A stretch of DNA of 63,738 nt, counting the filler. It is 5 parts of 5 records of this genome, joined end to end, with 100 filler letters (N's around TTAATTAATTAA, not from the genome) between each part and the next. Parts side by side here need not be neighbours in the genome. Positions count along the whole stretch, not along the records: positions 27,272 to 33,540 come from SRR2962707_4687; positions 33,641 to 58,106 come from SRR2962707_4691; 3 more parts are not named here. The stretch is one strand, 5' to 3'. The notes beneath the pieces were generated by a model. The model was not told the origin of the DNA, did not search any database, and worked only from the letters and a program-made list of their open reading frames with translations. Positions 27,321 to 38,060 of the stretch are shown one piece after another. A program made the translations under genes and the position numbers. Positions within the stretch are counted from its first letter, which is position 1; every line of letters starts with the position of its first letter.

Positions 27321-29135
27321 ATGATTCTCAACGTGCAGTTCCTGACCGGGAACAAAGGCATCGTGTCGGGTCTTGAAGAGTCGGACACCGTGGCGGACCT
27401 CAAGGCCAGAGTCGCGGTATGTCCGACCCTTGCACTGTCATAAGTGTGCCCTTCTCGCGTGCCAGCGCCCTTGCTTTGCCGTTGATTTCCACCCGTATGT
27501 TTGTATCTCACGGCCCGCACTTGTGTTGAGCAGGAACTAAAGTTCGCGCCCGCTCCGGCAGACCAGAAGCTGCTCTTTGGAGGTTCGTCGGCGAGCAGCC
27601 CGTTGGTAATTGGCGGCACTGTTGGCTTCGATGTCGAGGCAGAGATTCCGTCCCGTGTCGCTGTACGTTGCGATTTTCCTGACTGACAGGGCCCTTGCTT
27701 CACATGCTCCTTGCACAGGGAAGCTGCTTTCCGATGACTCGGTCACTCTCGCTGAGCTCGACATTTTTGGAGAGACGTGCATCATGTGCGTGTCCAACCC
27801 GAAGCCGCAGGCTGCTGGTGCGCCATCCACCGGTGCCCCTGCGAAGGCAGATCAACCGGAGCCAAAGGAGGTCACCGAAGACCCCGAGCCTGACGCGAAC
27901 CCCGCTCCCGCCAATGGCGAGCGAGTTCCCGCAGACGACAACGGCGGCGGCGGTGGTGGCGCTGCAAAGAATGGTGTCCCGGCCCCGGCAAACGAGGACG
28001 ACGTTGAGTCCAAAAACGATTCTGGAGCAGACGAAGAAGAGATGGTGACGCTGTCGCTCAAGACCCTTCGCGGTAAGGTCCTGGTGCCGGAGGATCTGTG
28101 TCCAAACCAACCGATATGACTTGGACCGCTTGCGAACAATTAATTGCACGTATCTGCTCACTTCTGCTGGTTTTGCTGTGTCTTCCCCGGCCGCGTGAAG
28201 GAACAAGCTCGCTGATTGAAGTCCCCGCGCACGCCACTTTCGGCCACATCAAGCACAAGTATATTCAGCCGATCGAAGACATCCCCGCCATCCAAATGCG
28301 CCTGATTTACATGGGCCAGGTCTGTACTGCGTGCCGCCGTGACCCTCGCTGTGATTGTTCCCTGTTGAGGTTGCAGCCCGTCACCTGCGACGCTGCATAT
28401 ATCTTGCTCTCTCGCCCGCAGCTGACTGACGACTCCAAGACACCATTTGACTACAACGTCTGCAACGAAAGTTTTATCCACCTCGTGCGCCGCCCGAACG
28501 AATCGATCAAGAACGAGGTGATTACCAAGCTGAAGCTGATGGCAAACTGTCGCTGGTGCAACAAGGTGAGGTGGATGGCGACTTTTTTTTATTGCTGGCT
28601 GTGGCTGGACATGAACCTGTCACAGATTGTGCCAATTGTGCACGTGCTGTTGCTCACGTCGCATTGTGGTTATGTTGTCACAGGCTGGTGTGCAACTGGT
28701 GCTTCGCCCGCAGTGCCGCGAATGTGGCAACGAGGGAGCCATGTACAAAGACCGGGTGATTGAGGTCGGGAAGTCGAAGTGGGCCGACCTCGAAAACCTC
28801 AAGGGCATTTGCTTCCACTGCGGTACGTGATGGTGGTGAGGATCGTGCATTCGGCTGCGTTGAGACTGGCGGCGCTGCCCAGTGCTTGAAGGCCACGCCA
28901 CGCCATCCTCACTCATGTCCTGGTTGTCTTTTGGTGGCTTGCAGGTCCTGCAGGCAAGGAGGTTGACCTGTCGATGGGATTTCTGTGCACGGGCCAGCCT
29001 GGATCCGACGGCCCCACGTGCCCGAGCCGCATCCCAACTGCTCGCAAAATGATCCACACCTTTGAAGGGGGCGACTTGGTCGAGAGCTTGAATCAGATTT
29101 TCGGCTACGCGCATGCGCGGGGGTTTGAAGTTTGA
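27321..29135 (+). CDS. spliced eukaryotic gene: two ubiquitin-like domains + Parkin RING0-like Zn domain, ~363 aa
   Basis: Exons 27321-27416, 27534-27582, 27719-28072, 28201-28319, 28422-28565, 28684-28822, 28945-29135. Six GT-AG introns of 102-136 nt; phases join into one ORF that restores ubiquitin motifs across junctions. Confidence 0.8.
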
Positions 29136-29476
29136 GCGACAGCAGCTGCACATCATACATGGCATTCATACCACTTGTAACATAAGAAGCGAACCGCCTT
29201 GCACACAACCCACCGCCCCACGTTTTAGCTCGTGGAGCGCCGTCGTCGTCACAAGAAGCCAACACAAGTTCTCGACCACAAGACAAAAGTCAAAGATGGG
29301 TTTAATAGGTTTACACTACTTATTAACCCACACAAGCAGCAGTGATGGACACGGGTGACCGGCAGCGCGACAGCCCGGCGCTGGTGCACAGATTCCAATG
29401 ATCTTATTCCTCTAAGATGTCCAGGTCCATGTTCTCCTAACACAACAGAACAAGCAGAACCAACGCAAAGTGTCAG

Positions 29477-32400
29477 TCAGCAAACGCCATTGCACAGCGT
29501 TGGCTGCCGGGGACGACTGCGGCCGCAGCATGAGCGTGGCTTTCCAAGCATCGTTGGTGATGTGACACCGCATGGACTTCGTACGGGTTCTTTCTTAGAT
29601 TCGCGGGAGTGGGAAGAGTGGCGAGAATGGTGGCTGCGGTGGTGATCGGCTTCGTTTCCAGGCAAAGCTCCACCACGGGCTCGCCGATTGTGCTGAGGCG
29701 TCAGGCGTGTGGAAGTGGCAGAGTGGAAGTAAGCGGGTGCAATCCGCGCGCAGTGGGGGTGTGGAGGTGTGAAGTGCAAATGAGCGCGTGTGTGTGTGGG
29801 TGGGTGGGTGTCCATCAGGGATTTTAGGCACGCAGGTCGCAATGGTGAGCTTGAATGCCGACAGAAGCACACAAGGCAAACACACAGACACAGGCACATC
29901 CACACTCTCTCCGCAAACAAACCAGCGCATCGGCGCCGTGGAAGCCACCAGACGGCGAATAGTCGTCGGCATCTGCGCCAAGGCGTGGGTGCTCCCCCCC
30001 TTCCCCGCGCCGGGGATCCGCACCGCGCGCGTGCGGTGGGAGTGGGGGGCGGTTGGCGTAGTCGTCGTCCAAAGAGGCCAAGTCTGCGTAACTGTCATCG
30101 TCCGAGGGCGGCGCGCGTGGGTTGGGGGGGACCGGCGGCGCATGACGTTGGTGGCGCTTGGCGGCATCGCGGAACCCTCCGCGGCCACGGAGTTCTTCCT
30201 CGTCGCCAAGGACGTCGCTGCTGTCACTGGCGCTCAGATCGCCCACGAGATTTCCCCCGCGGCCATCTTGCTTGTCGCCAAGACCCGGGCGCTTGCTGCG
30301 GTGCATCTTCAAAAAGTTGGAGGCAGCACTTTCATCATCGGTGCCAAAGTCACCCCACCGGCGACTGCGACCCTTCTGACTGTTTCCTCGGCGCGGTGGA
30401 CGGCCTTCGGGACGGGTGTGGTTGCGGCGACCGTGGCCGTGGGGCTCGTGGCGGTTGCCATGGTGACGCAGGTCGCCGCCCGCAAGCTGGTCGTCCCCCT
30501 CGCCATCGCCGTCGTCGTTGCTGCCGCGCGTGTCATCGTCGTCCGAATTGCGATGCGCGCGGTGCCGACGATGCCGGCCCTCCCGTAGTTCCTCTTCGCG
30601 CCGGTGCTTAGTCTCTTCACGCTCACGGTCAAGAAACTCAAAGTTGTCCAGCATACCGGGCGGCGGCTTCCAGTGCGGGTTGTCCACCTGACGAGGGTAC
30701 TCGCGCCACCACATGTACTGCGGTGCTCCCCCCATCATGCCAATTGGGCCCTCGTCATAAGGCTCGTCTTCGTCATCCTCGCTGTCTTCGTCGTCTGCGT
30801 TGCCGCCGCGAGGCGCATGGTGGCGGCGGTGGTGATGACGCTCTTGGCTGCCAGACAAGCCAGTTGACCCGCCGAAAACCCACTCGTAAGGCAGGTCGCC
30901 TGCCGGTAAGGTAAGGTAAGCAGGGCAAAACCCAAGCGTTCATGAAGACGACACACGATAGCAGGCAGTGGTGGCGATGTCTCGGAACAGGCAAAAGCAG
31001 AATGTTGAGATCAAATGATGCACCTGTGCGCGCCATCTTTTGCAATTCCTTCATCACATAGACGGCGTCCGCATCCTCCCCGGATTTGAACTTGTCTTCC
31101 AGTGCAAAAAGAGGCTCTTGCAAATCTTGGACGTCAATCACATTCTGCATCTCTTTTAACAGCTCGTCGACCATCCACGACGCGTGGTTAAGCTCGTCGA
31201 CCTGCACACGCAGCACGCCGTGAGAATGAGTCAACGCGATAGGGCAGCATTAGCGTCAAAGCGATGGTCGCAGTCAAGATGGAATATCAAAGTCAACGTG
31301 CCTCGACGCCAGCAACGCCGTCCTGGTCTAGCGCAGCTTGCAGCTCGTCGATAGTGTCATCCCAGTGTGCCTGCAGCTTTTTGCTGCGCTCGCGCTTGGT
31401 TGAACTCTCGGCCTCGATCTTCGCCACGGCTTCCTGACAAACAAGGAGGCAAGGCAGCGTTGTGACAAATATTCCAACAAGGCGGCACAGACGCGCCTGG
31501 CGCTCTCACTGATGATGATGACTGTCAGCAAGCACCAGCGACTCTCCCTCACCACAGAAAGCGCACGCGCACACAAACACGCCCGAAGACACACATGCAC
31601 ACAGACAATTCACAGAACGGTGTCTCACCTGGTGCGCTTCCTTAATGCTGGTGATTTTGGACTTGACAGCGTCCGGAAAGACAACAGAATCAATCTTGTT
31701 GAGGCGCATGAAAAAGCGGAAGAGCAGACTTTGCAAGTCACGACCAGCGATAAAGTCACTGGTGCCGTCGGAATCCGTGTCAGCATTGTCGCCACCGGCA
31801 TTTTTCGCTTGGCCGCTTTGAGTCTCGCTCTTGCCGCGCGTTGGTTTGCGTGGCGATGCGTCACTGCAGTCAACACATCGCGTTGCAGAGTGAGTTAGCC
31901 ATGGCGCAAAACGGGCCTGCACTCTGTCATAACATTTTGACGCGCAGGCAGCAACGCTGACCTCGAGCCGCGGTTGCTGGACAGATCCTTTTCTTTGCGC
32001 ATTCGCGCTTTTCCTTTGTTGGCTCTCAGCATCTTCTCACGGATGCTGGCACGCAGCGCCTGCGCCTCATCAAGTTCTTCACCGCCGTCGGCACTGTCCG
32101 GGTGGCCAACAATCCGTCCACTGCCGGTCTTTGCGAGACGCTCTTTGGTCTGAACGGCAGGGTCGTATCAAAACAGAACTGTGATGGACAAGGCACGCCC
32201 TCCAAATACCAAGGAAAACGATTCGAAGCTGGCACGCGCAGAAGGAGCTGGGCGGGCGGAGGGGAGGGGCAACGCACCTGCTTTGCGCGGTCTTTCAAGC
32301 TGCCGCTGTGCGCCATGGACGAACGGCTCGAAGCCACTTTACTTGCCCGCTCGGCAAGCAGCTTTTCGCGCACATCGTCCTGCTCTTTTACGTCACTCGC

Positions 32401-33320
32401 AGCAGTGTCTTCCAGCAGGGTGTCCGTCTCCGCGCCACCAAGATGCTTTGCAATGGCTTGGAGCAACTTTTCGGAGCGGGCAGCCTGTAGCGTCACCATT
32501 CGAATGCATGCACAAGTTGCGAGCAAGGGTGAAATGTTCGCACAAGGGAGCTGCGCAGTGTGGGAGCATTGTGGGCACTGCAGGTCGCACCTCGTTCTTC
32601 ATTTGCGTCGAGTAGGTGTTCATCACGCCAGCCACTCGGCTGGCCATGTTGGTGATTCCCGACACAAGCTGGTCGAACTCTGCGTCGCCGGCAAACACGG
32701 TCTGCAGCGCCAAAGTGCGCACAGTCAGTGTGTGACGACGGCAACAGCAACAACAGCAACATCGCCGGCAACAACAACAACACGAGGCACGATGCGGCAG
32801 ACATACAAACGACCGATGGGCACCCACCTGATCTGGGAAGGAAACCGAGTCGAGAGACTGCTGGACAGTGGCGTGCACCGCGTCAGACATTTTGGTGTGC
32901 TTGAGGCGCCTGCGAAGCTCGTTCTCTAGCAGCGAGCCCACTTCCAGAAAACGCTTTTCAAGGACCACTTCCATGGCTTGGTGCGCCTTCTCTTCCTGCA
33001 CCAACTTGTGCTTCTCCGAGACGAAAGTGATTTGAGTCGCAACGATGGCTGCGACGAAGCAACCGACGATGATGAACACGGCGATCAGCACGTACCTGCA
33101 TTCAAGCAGCCAGTGGCAGCATTGTGAGCCAGGCAAGGAAGGAATTGCGAAGGACGAGCAAATGCGTGAGCGAGTGGCTAGCCACAAACAGCCAAGTGCA
33201 ACTGGGTCACTCAACGCACTTGCAAGACGAGCCCTTCACGAGCCATGCCTCCGACTTGGCTTTGTTGCCGACTCGAACTCGCTGGACGCCAATGGCATCC
33301 GACAGGCGTGACTTGGGCAT
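29477..33320 (-). CDS. spliced eukaryotic gene: single N-terminal TM helix, helical/coiled-coil middle, long Asp/Arg/His-rich disordered tail; function unknown
   Basis: About ten exon-like segments bounded by GT..AG (e.g. GSSCK|YVLIAVFIIVGCFVAAIVA joins in phase); large exon ~29920-30860. Exact 3' end uncertain. Confidence 0.6.
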
Positions 33321-33482
33321 GGAAGGGGATCCGCTCAAGGGGGAGGGGGGGCGGGAGACTGACCGGGCAAGTGGCCTGGCCGATTGGTTCCAGCACAGAG
33401 GTGTCCAACGCACTCGTGCAGCAACAGCAGCAGCAGCAGGGACGACAACTCTTGGAAGCCTGCCTTCACAAAAGCGGCAGAG

Positions 33483-33540
33483 GAGGCGCAGAGGCGCAGA
33501 GGCGCAGAGGCGCAGAGCCGCAGAGCCGCAGAGCCGCAGA
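33483..33540. repeat. 8-mer tandem repeat (GAGGCGCA x4, GAGCCGCA x3) running into the contig end
   Basis: Direct reading. Confidence 0.9.
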
Positions 33541-33640
33541 NNNNNNNNNNNNNNNNNNNNNNNNNNNNNNNNNNNNNNNNNNNNTTAATTAATTAANNNN
33601 NNNNNNNNNNNNNNNNNNNNNNNNNNNNNNNNNNNNNNNN
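33541..33640. other. artificial contig spacer
   Basis: N44-TTAATTAATTAA-N44. Confidence 0.99.
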
Positions 33641-33790
33641 TTCGCAGAGGTGCTCCTTCCCGTCATGTTGGCAACATAATCCCATCACCGGCTTTCAAAG
33701 TGATTAACTCAAAGCCAAAATTCATAGTAATATCAATATAGTAAACATAGACTTAATGGCTTGCGGACGCGCTTAACCATAACACGGCTC
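33641..33790 (-). promoter_or_regulatory. probable flagellin-gene promoter/leader with CtrA-like sites
   Basis: AT-rich; TTAA-N7-TTTAC on the minus strand (33741-33756) and TTAACCAT half-site (33773-33780). Flagellin genes follow fliP in rhizobial clusters, but that gene is beyond the contig edge. Confidence 0.5.
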
Positions 33791-33855
33791 AGGCCGCCAC
33801 TTGCCGTTCAGGGATGTGTCACGGGTAAAGGCGCATCAAAGCGCGGTCCAAATTG

Positions 33856-34593
33856 TCAGACGAAGGACCGGATCAGACTTCCGACCATCAAGTTCCAGCC
33901 GTCAATGAGGACGAAGAACAAAATCTTGAACGGCAGCGAAATCGCCGTTGGCGGCAGCATCATCATACCCATCGACATGGTGATGGTGGCCACCACCAGG
34001 TCAATCACCAGAAACGGCAGAACAACAAGGAAGCCGATTTCAAAGCCGCGCCTGATTTCTGAAATCATGAAAGCGGGGACCAGAACGCGCATGTCGATCT
34101 TGCCTTCGGATTCGGTCGTCTGGCCGCGCTCATCGGCAATATCAATGAACAGGGTCAAATCCTTGGGCCGCGTATTGACCAGCATGAACTCACGAAACGG
34201 ATCAGAGATCAGCACGATCGCCTCGGTTTCGGTAACCTGATTTTCCAGAAGCGGGTTGATGCCCTTGTTCCACGCCTGATCGAAAGTCGGCGCCATGACG
34301 TAAAAGGTCATGAAGAGCGAAAGGCTGACAAGGATCATGTTGGCCGGCGTTGTGGCCAGCCCCATGCCCGATCGCAGGATGGCAAATGCGATGATGAACC
34401 GCGGAAAGCTGGTCACCATAATCAGAATGCCGGGCGCCACCGACAGAACCGTCAGCAGCCCGAAAGTACGAATGATCCAGCTTGCGACAGAACCGTCGAC
34501 CGGTGCCTGCAACAAATTCGGGTCTATGATCTGGCCGTAGGCCGCCGTTGCAAATGCCATCATGGCCGCAAAGGCTGAGAGAAATCGAATCAT
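33856..34593 (-). CDS. fliP: flagellar export pore protein FliP
   Basis: LTVLSVAPGILIMVTSF, PAFMISE, MGMMMLPP, LPFKILFFVLIDGW. Confidence 0.97.
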   Translation of the reverse strand: MIRFLSAFAAMMAFATAAYGQIIDPNLLQAPVDGSVASWIIRTFGLLTVLSVAPGILIMVTSFPRFIIAFAILRSGMGLATTPANMILVSLSLFMTFYVMAPTFDQAWNKGINPLLENQVTETEAIVLISDPFREFMLVNTRPKDLTLFIDIADERGQTTESEGKIDMRVLVPAFMISEIRRGFEIGFLVVLPFLVIDLVVATITMSMGMMMLPPTAISLPFKILFFVLIDGWNLMVGSLIRSFV

Positions 34594-35093
34594 TCGATGA
34601 CAAATGTCCTCAGAAGGAGGTCGTTAACGCGGCCTTCCGACCGCAATTTCACACGTTCACGCAAGTCTTCGCGCAAGTACTGAAAGCCGCGCGGCCCCTC
34701 TATCTGCTGAAGCGACACGGTGCGCAGATAGGCAAGAATGTCCTGGTGGATCTGATCGGCAAGCGCATCATCCGGCAGATCAGCAAACACCAGCGAGACT
34801 TCGACTCGAATCCAGTTGTCCGAAGGGTATGACAGGTTTGTGGTGATCGGCTCAAGCGCAACGACGTTATTACGCACCTTGTCTTCCGCCTGATCCCCTT
34901 CTTTTTCATCCTCAGCCTTCGCAGGCGCGGCCTCAACCACTTCAGGCTGGTCAACCTGCGGTGCGATCATGCCGCCGACAACCCAGCCACCACCTGCTGC
35001 AATCGCGCTGAGAACAAGCACGATTGCGATGGTGACGATAAGTCCGGACTTCTTTTTACCGCCGTCTTCTTCTTCGACTTCAGTCAGTGCCAT
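34590..35093 (-). CDS. fliL: flagellar basal body-associated protein FliL
   Basis: N-terminal TM, LEPITTNL, YLRTVSLQQIEG; synteny. Confidence 0.9.
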   Translation of the reverse strand: MALTEVEEEDGGKKKSGLIVTIAIVLVLSAIAAGGGWVVGGMIAPQVDQPEVVEAAPAKAEDEKEGDQAEDKVRNNVVALEPITTNLSYPSDNWIRVEVSLVFADLPDDALADQIHQDILAYLRTVSLQQIEGPRGFQYLREDLRERVKLRSEGRVNDLLLRTFVIE

Positions 35094-35104
35094 GGGTCAA
35101 ACCG

Positions 35105-35809
35105 TCAAATCGGAGAATAGATGTCGACAAGCTGCTGACCGATCGGAGGCTGCTGGACTTCCGTCAGTCGCCCACGGCCGCCGTAGGAGACGCGCGCTTC
35201 GGCGATCTTGTCATAAGCCACGGTGTTGGTGTGATCCACGTCCAGAGGCCGCACGATACCTGCGACATTGAGAATGCGGAGTTCCTGATTGACCCGGACT
35301 TCCTGACTGCCGCTGATGACCAGATTGCCGTTCTGCAGAATGCCCGTCACAACGGCTGCCAACTTCAGCTGAAGCTTTTCAGATCGTGCAGTCGTACCCG
35401 CGCCCTTGGTCGAAGTGTCGGAACCGAAAGACACATCATTGGCCCCGATCGCTGAAATGACGGGAAGGTTCCAGCCTGCATTGATACCGCTTGAGTTCTT
35501 GCGGCTGCGGTCGGTGGCGTTGTCGAAGCTCGCCTTGTCATTGATCGCCAGATCAACGGTGAGAATGTCACCCACACTTACGGCGCGCGCGTCCTGAAAC
35601 AATTTCGACCGCCGGTCGTCCCAGAGCGAGAAGCTGGCGGAACGCGCTGCCGGCTGCTTCGGATAGGCAGCCATTTGCGGAGTTTCCCCATAGGCCAGCC
35701 CTGAACCTACCGGGCTCATCGTCGGCGCCTTGCCAATCTCTTTTAACGTCTGCGAGTTGCACCCGCCGAGCGTGAGTGCAAAAACAGTGATTGCGAAGGC
35801 CCTAATCAT
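35105..35809 (-). CDS. flgH: flagellar L-ring protein
   Basis: Lipobox LGGC, LFQDARAVSVGDILTV, NGNLVISGSQEVRVN, IAEARVSYGG. Confidence 0.96.
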   Translation of the reverse strand: MIRAFAITVFALTLGGCNSQTLKEIGKAPTMSPVGSGLAYGETPQMAAYPKQPAARSASFSLWDDRRSKLFQDARAVSVGDILTVDLAINDKASFDNATDRSRKNSSGINAGWNLPVISAIGANDVSFGSDTSTKGAGTTARSEKLQLKLAAVVTGILQNGNLVISGSQEVRVNQELRILNVAGIVRPLDVDHTNTVAYDKIAEARVSYGGRGRLTEVQQPPIGQQLVDIYSPI

Positions 35810-36333
35810 GACGGATCCTTGGGTTGTTCGGATGCTGCAGCGGCAGCTATAATGCTGGTTAAAGCGGCAGCCTTTTTCGTATCCATCTCGTTGAGTATCG
35901 AGCTCGCCAGCCGCGGGCTGAGTTTCAAGACGATGGCGGCAGCGATGCTAGGCTTGACGATTTCCAGCTGTTTGGCGGCGGAGTCAGGCGCCATGTTCTT
36001 ATAGATTTCGACCAGCTGGGTATCGGCGACCTGCATGAAGTCCTCACGCTTTTTCAGCCACTCCTTGTATTTGGCGGAGCCTTCTTCAAGCTGGCGCATG
36101 CGCTCATCGACATCCGCCTGCAGCGCTTCAAGCTCTTGCTTCTGCAACAGATATCGCTGGTCACGCGCGGCATCGGCAATGTTGCCGCAAAAGGCGCGGA
36201 TCTCGTCTTCCAGCTTCGGCGGCGGCGACTGCTGCGCCATGGCACCCGGCGCAATCATGCCCAGTGCGATGATTGCCGCTGCGCCTGCGCCACGTCCCCA
36301 TTTGCGAGAGCCCATATGTCCGATCACCCTCAT
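35806..36333 (-). CDS. motE: MotE family periplasmic chaperone
   Basis: FCGNIADAARD, LVEIYKNMAPDSAA, ILNEMD; position between flgI and flgH. Confidence 0.88.
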   Translation of the reverse strand: MRVIGHMGSRKWGRGAGAAAIIALGMIAPGAMAQQSPPPKLEDEIRAFCGNIADAARDQRYLLQKQELEALQADVDERMRQLEEGSAKYKEWLKKREDFMQVADTQLVEIYKNMAPDSAAKQLEIVKPSIAAAIVLKLSPRLASSILNEMDTKKAAALTSIIAAAAASEQPKDPS

Positions 36334-37559
36334 TGCAGCACCAGTTCGGCATGCAATGCACCTGCTGATTTGATGCCCTGGAGAATGGCGATGATGCCAT
36401 CGGGTTTGACACCGATCGAGTTGAGACCTGCGACAAGGGTCCTGAGATCAGGACCATCGATCATGGCAATCTGCCCGCCATCAATGCCCGCCGTAATGTC
36501 GGTGAGCGGCTCAACAGCCGTTACGCCGTCCGAGAAGGGCAATGGCTGCACAACTGTAGGCAATTCATTGATCTGGACGGTCAACGTTCCATGGCTGACA
36601 GCGACCTTGGAGACGCGTACATCATTGCCAATAACGATTGTTCCGGTTCGTTCGTTGACGACCACGCGCGCCGGCGTGTCGGTTTCAACAATCAAGCCTT
36701 CGAGCTCTGCCGTCAGCCTGGCAAGATCCGCGCGCTCAGGTTTGCGAACTGCGACCGAGGTGGAATCACGCGCCTCTGCGATGGCGCTGCCATAGCGCTC
36801 TTCCGAGAAGGCGTTGATGACATCAGCCATACCTACCGCAGTGGTGAAATCCGGATTCCGGAGCTGGTAAACCAGCCCATCGACCTGCTTGAACTTCGCA
36901 GGGATCTCACGTTCGATAATGGCGCCGCCAGGCAACCGGCCGGCAGTGGCGGTGCCCTGCTGCAAGGTTGCCGCGTCGCCCTGGGCATTGATCGCAGAAA
37001 CGATGACGGAACCCTGGGCGACGGCATAGATTTGGCCATCGGCGCCGGACATGGAGGTCATGATGAGGGTGCCGCCGCGCAACGAAGTCGCATCGCCGAG
37101 CGAGGAAACCGTGACATCAATGCGCGACCCCAGGCTTGCGAAGGGCGGCAGATTGGCCGTTACAATGACAGCAGCAACGTTGTTGACACGGGATGCACCG
37201 CCTTCGGTGGAAATTCCGAGATTTTGCAGCATCGCACGGAGCGACTGTTCGGTGAAAGGCGAGTTTCGCAAACCATCGCCAGTGCCCTGCAATCCGACAA
37301 CGAGGCCATAGCCGATCAACTGGTTGTCACGGCCGGCCTGCAAGGAAGCGATGTCCTTGATGCGCGAAGCGGCACCTGCGGGGCGGATGAAGCTCAGGCC
37401 CGCGCCGTTTGCGAATAATTGAACGGCACCGGGGCTGGTTGCCGCTCCAGTCCCATTTCCGGTTTCGGTTCCAGTTCCGAATTCCGGACCCGGTCCGGAC
37501 CCGGCCAGGCAGAACATGGCGATCCAGATGCCGATTATCTTGCCGATTTTGCGGATCAT
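36330..37559 (-). CDS. flgI: flagellar P-ring protein
   Basis: RIKDI, NQLIGYGLVVGLQGTGD, SLRGGTL, VNERTGTIV. Confidence 0.97.
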   Translation of the reverse strand: MIRKIGKIIGIWIAMFCLAGSGPGPEFGTGTETGNGTGAATSPGAVQLFANGAGLSFIRPAGAASRIKDIASLQAGRDNQLIGYGLVVGLQGTGDGLRNSPFTEQSLRAMLQNLGISTEGGASRVNNVAAVIVTANLPPFASLGSRIDVTVSSLGDATSLRGGTLIMTSMSGADGQIYAVAQGSVIVSAINAQGDAATLQQGTATAGRLPGGAIIEREIPAKFKQVDGLVYQLRNPDFTTAVGMADVINAFSEERYGSAIAEARDSTSVAVRKPERADLARLTAELEGLIVETDTPARVVVNERTGTIVIGNDVRVSKVAVSHGTLTVQINELPTVVQPLPFSDGVTAVEPLTDITAGIDGGQIAMIDGPDLRTLVAGLNSIGVKPDGIIAILQGIKSAGALHAELVLQ

Positions 37560-38038
37560 TTCACCGCCACCTGTATACTGCCGTTGTCCATCACTGTTCC
37601 GGAAACGATAACTCCGGTTTCAATGTTGCGGACACGGATGAAATCGCCAATCGTGGCATTTTCAAGCGGCGTCCCCATCGCTGTGATGGTCAAGCCAGTG
37701 CCGCTGAAGACCAGCGGAACAGTCTTGCCGCGCTCTACGGTCCAGGAATCGCGCAATGCCGCGACTGGAATGGTCCGGCCGGGCAGCAATGTACGGGTCG
37801 TCACCTTGCCCAACACTTCGCTGGTCACTTCGACGTAACCGCCGCGAAGGTTCGGGTTGGTCACTTCGACCTCGCGGACCAAACTCTCCATAAGCTCTTC
37901 GCCAGGATAGATGGTTCGTTCGGGAACGACTGCAGTACCACGTCCCGCGTGCGCCACAGGCATGGCGCACAGCAGACCGAGCACAACAAAAGCCGCGCGA
38001 GAGAGGCCTTGCCAAGGCAATGTTGGGCGAAACGTCAT
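37556..38038 (-). CDS. flgA: P-ring formation chaperone FlgA
   Basis: IYPGE, RTLLPGR, IRVRNIETG; synteny. Confidence 0.92.
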   Translation of the reverse strand: MTFRPTLPWQGLSRAAFVVLGLLCAMPVAHAGRGTAVVPERTIYPGEELMESLVREVEVTNPNLRGGYVEVTSEVLGKVTTRTLLPGRTIPVAALRDSWTVERGKTVPLVFSGTGLTITAMGTPLENATIGDFIRVRNIETGVIVSGTVMDNGSIQVAVK

Positions 38039-38060
38039 GTCTGCCTTATCCTTTTGTGAC

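Noticed and set aside
28098-28763. 221-aa unspliced ORF with ubiquitin-like pieces and a hydrophobic tail
   Set aside because: It reads through introns; the spliced model restores continuous ubiquitin motifs.
33483-33540. 8-mer tandem repeat at a contig end as a possible telomere
   Set aside because: The unit is unlike known telomeric repeats and lies ~160 bp upstream of a gene start; more likely a simple repeat that broke the assembly.
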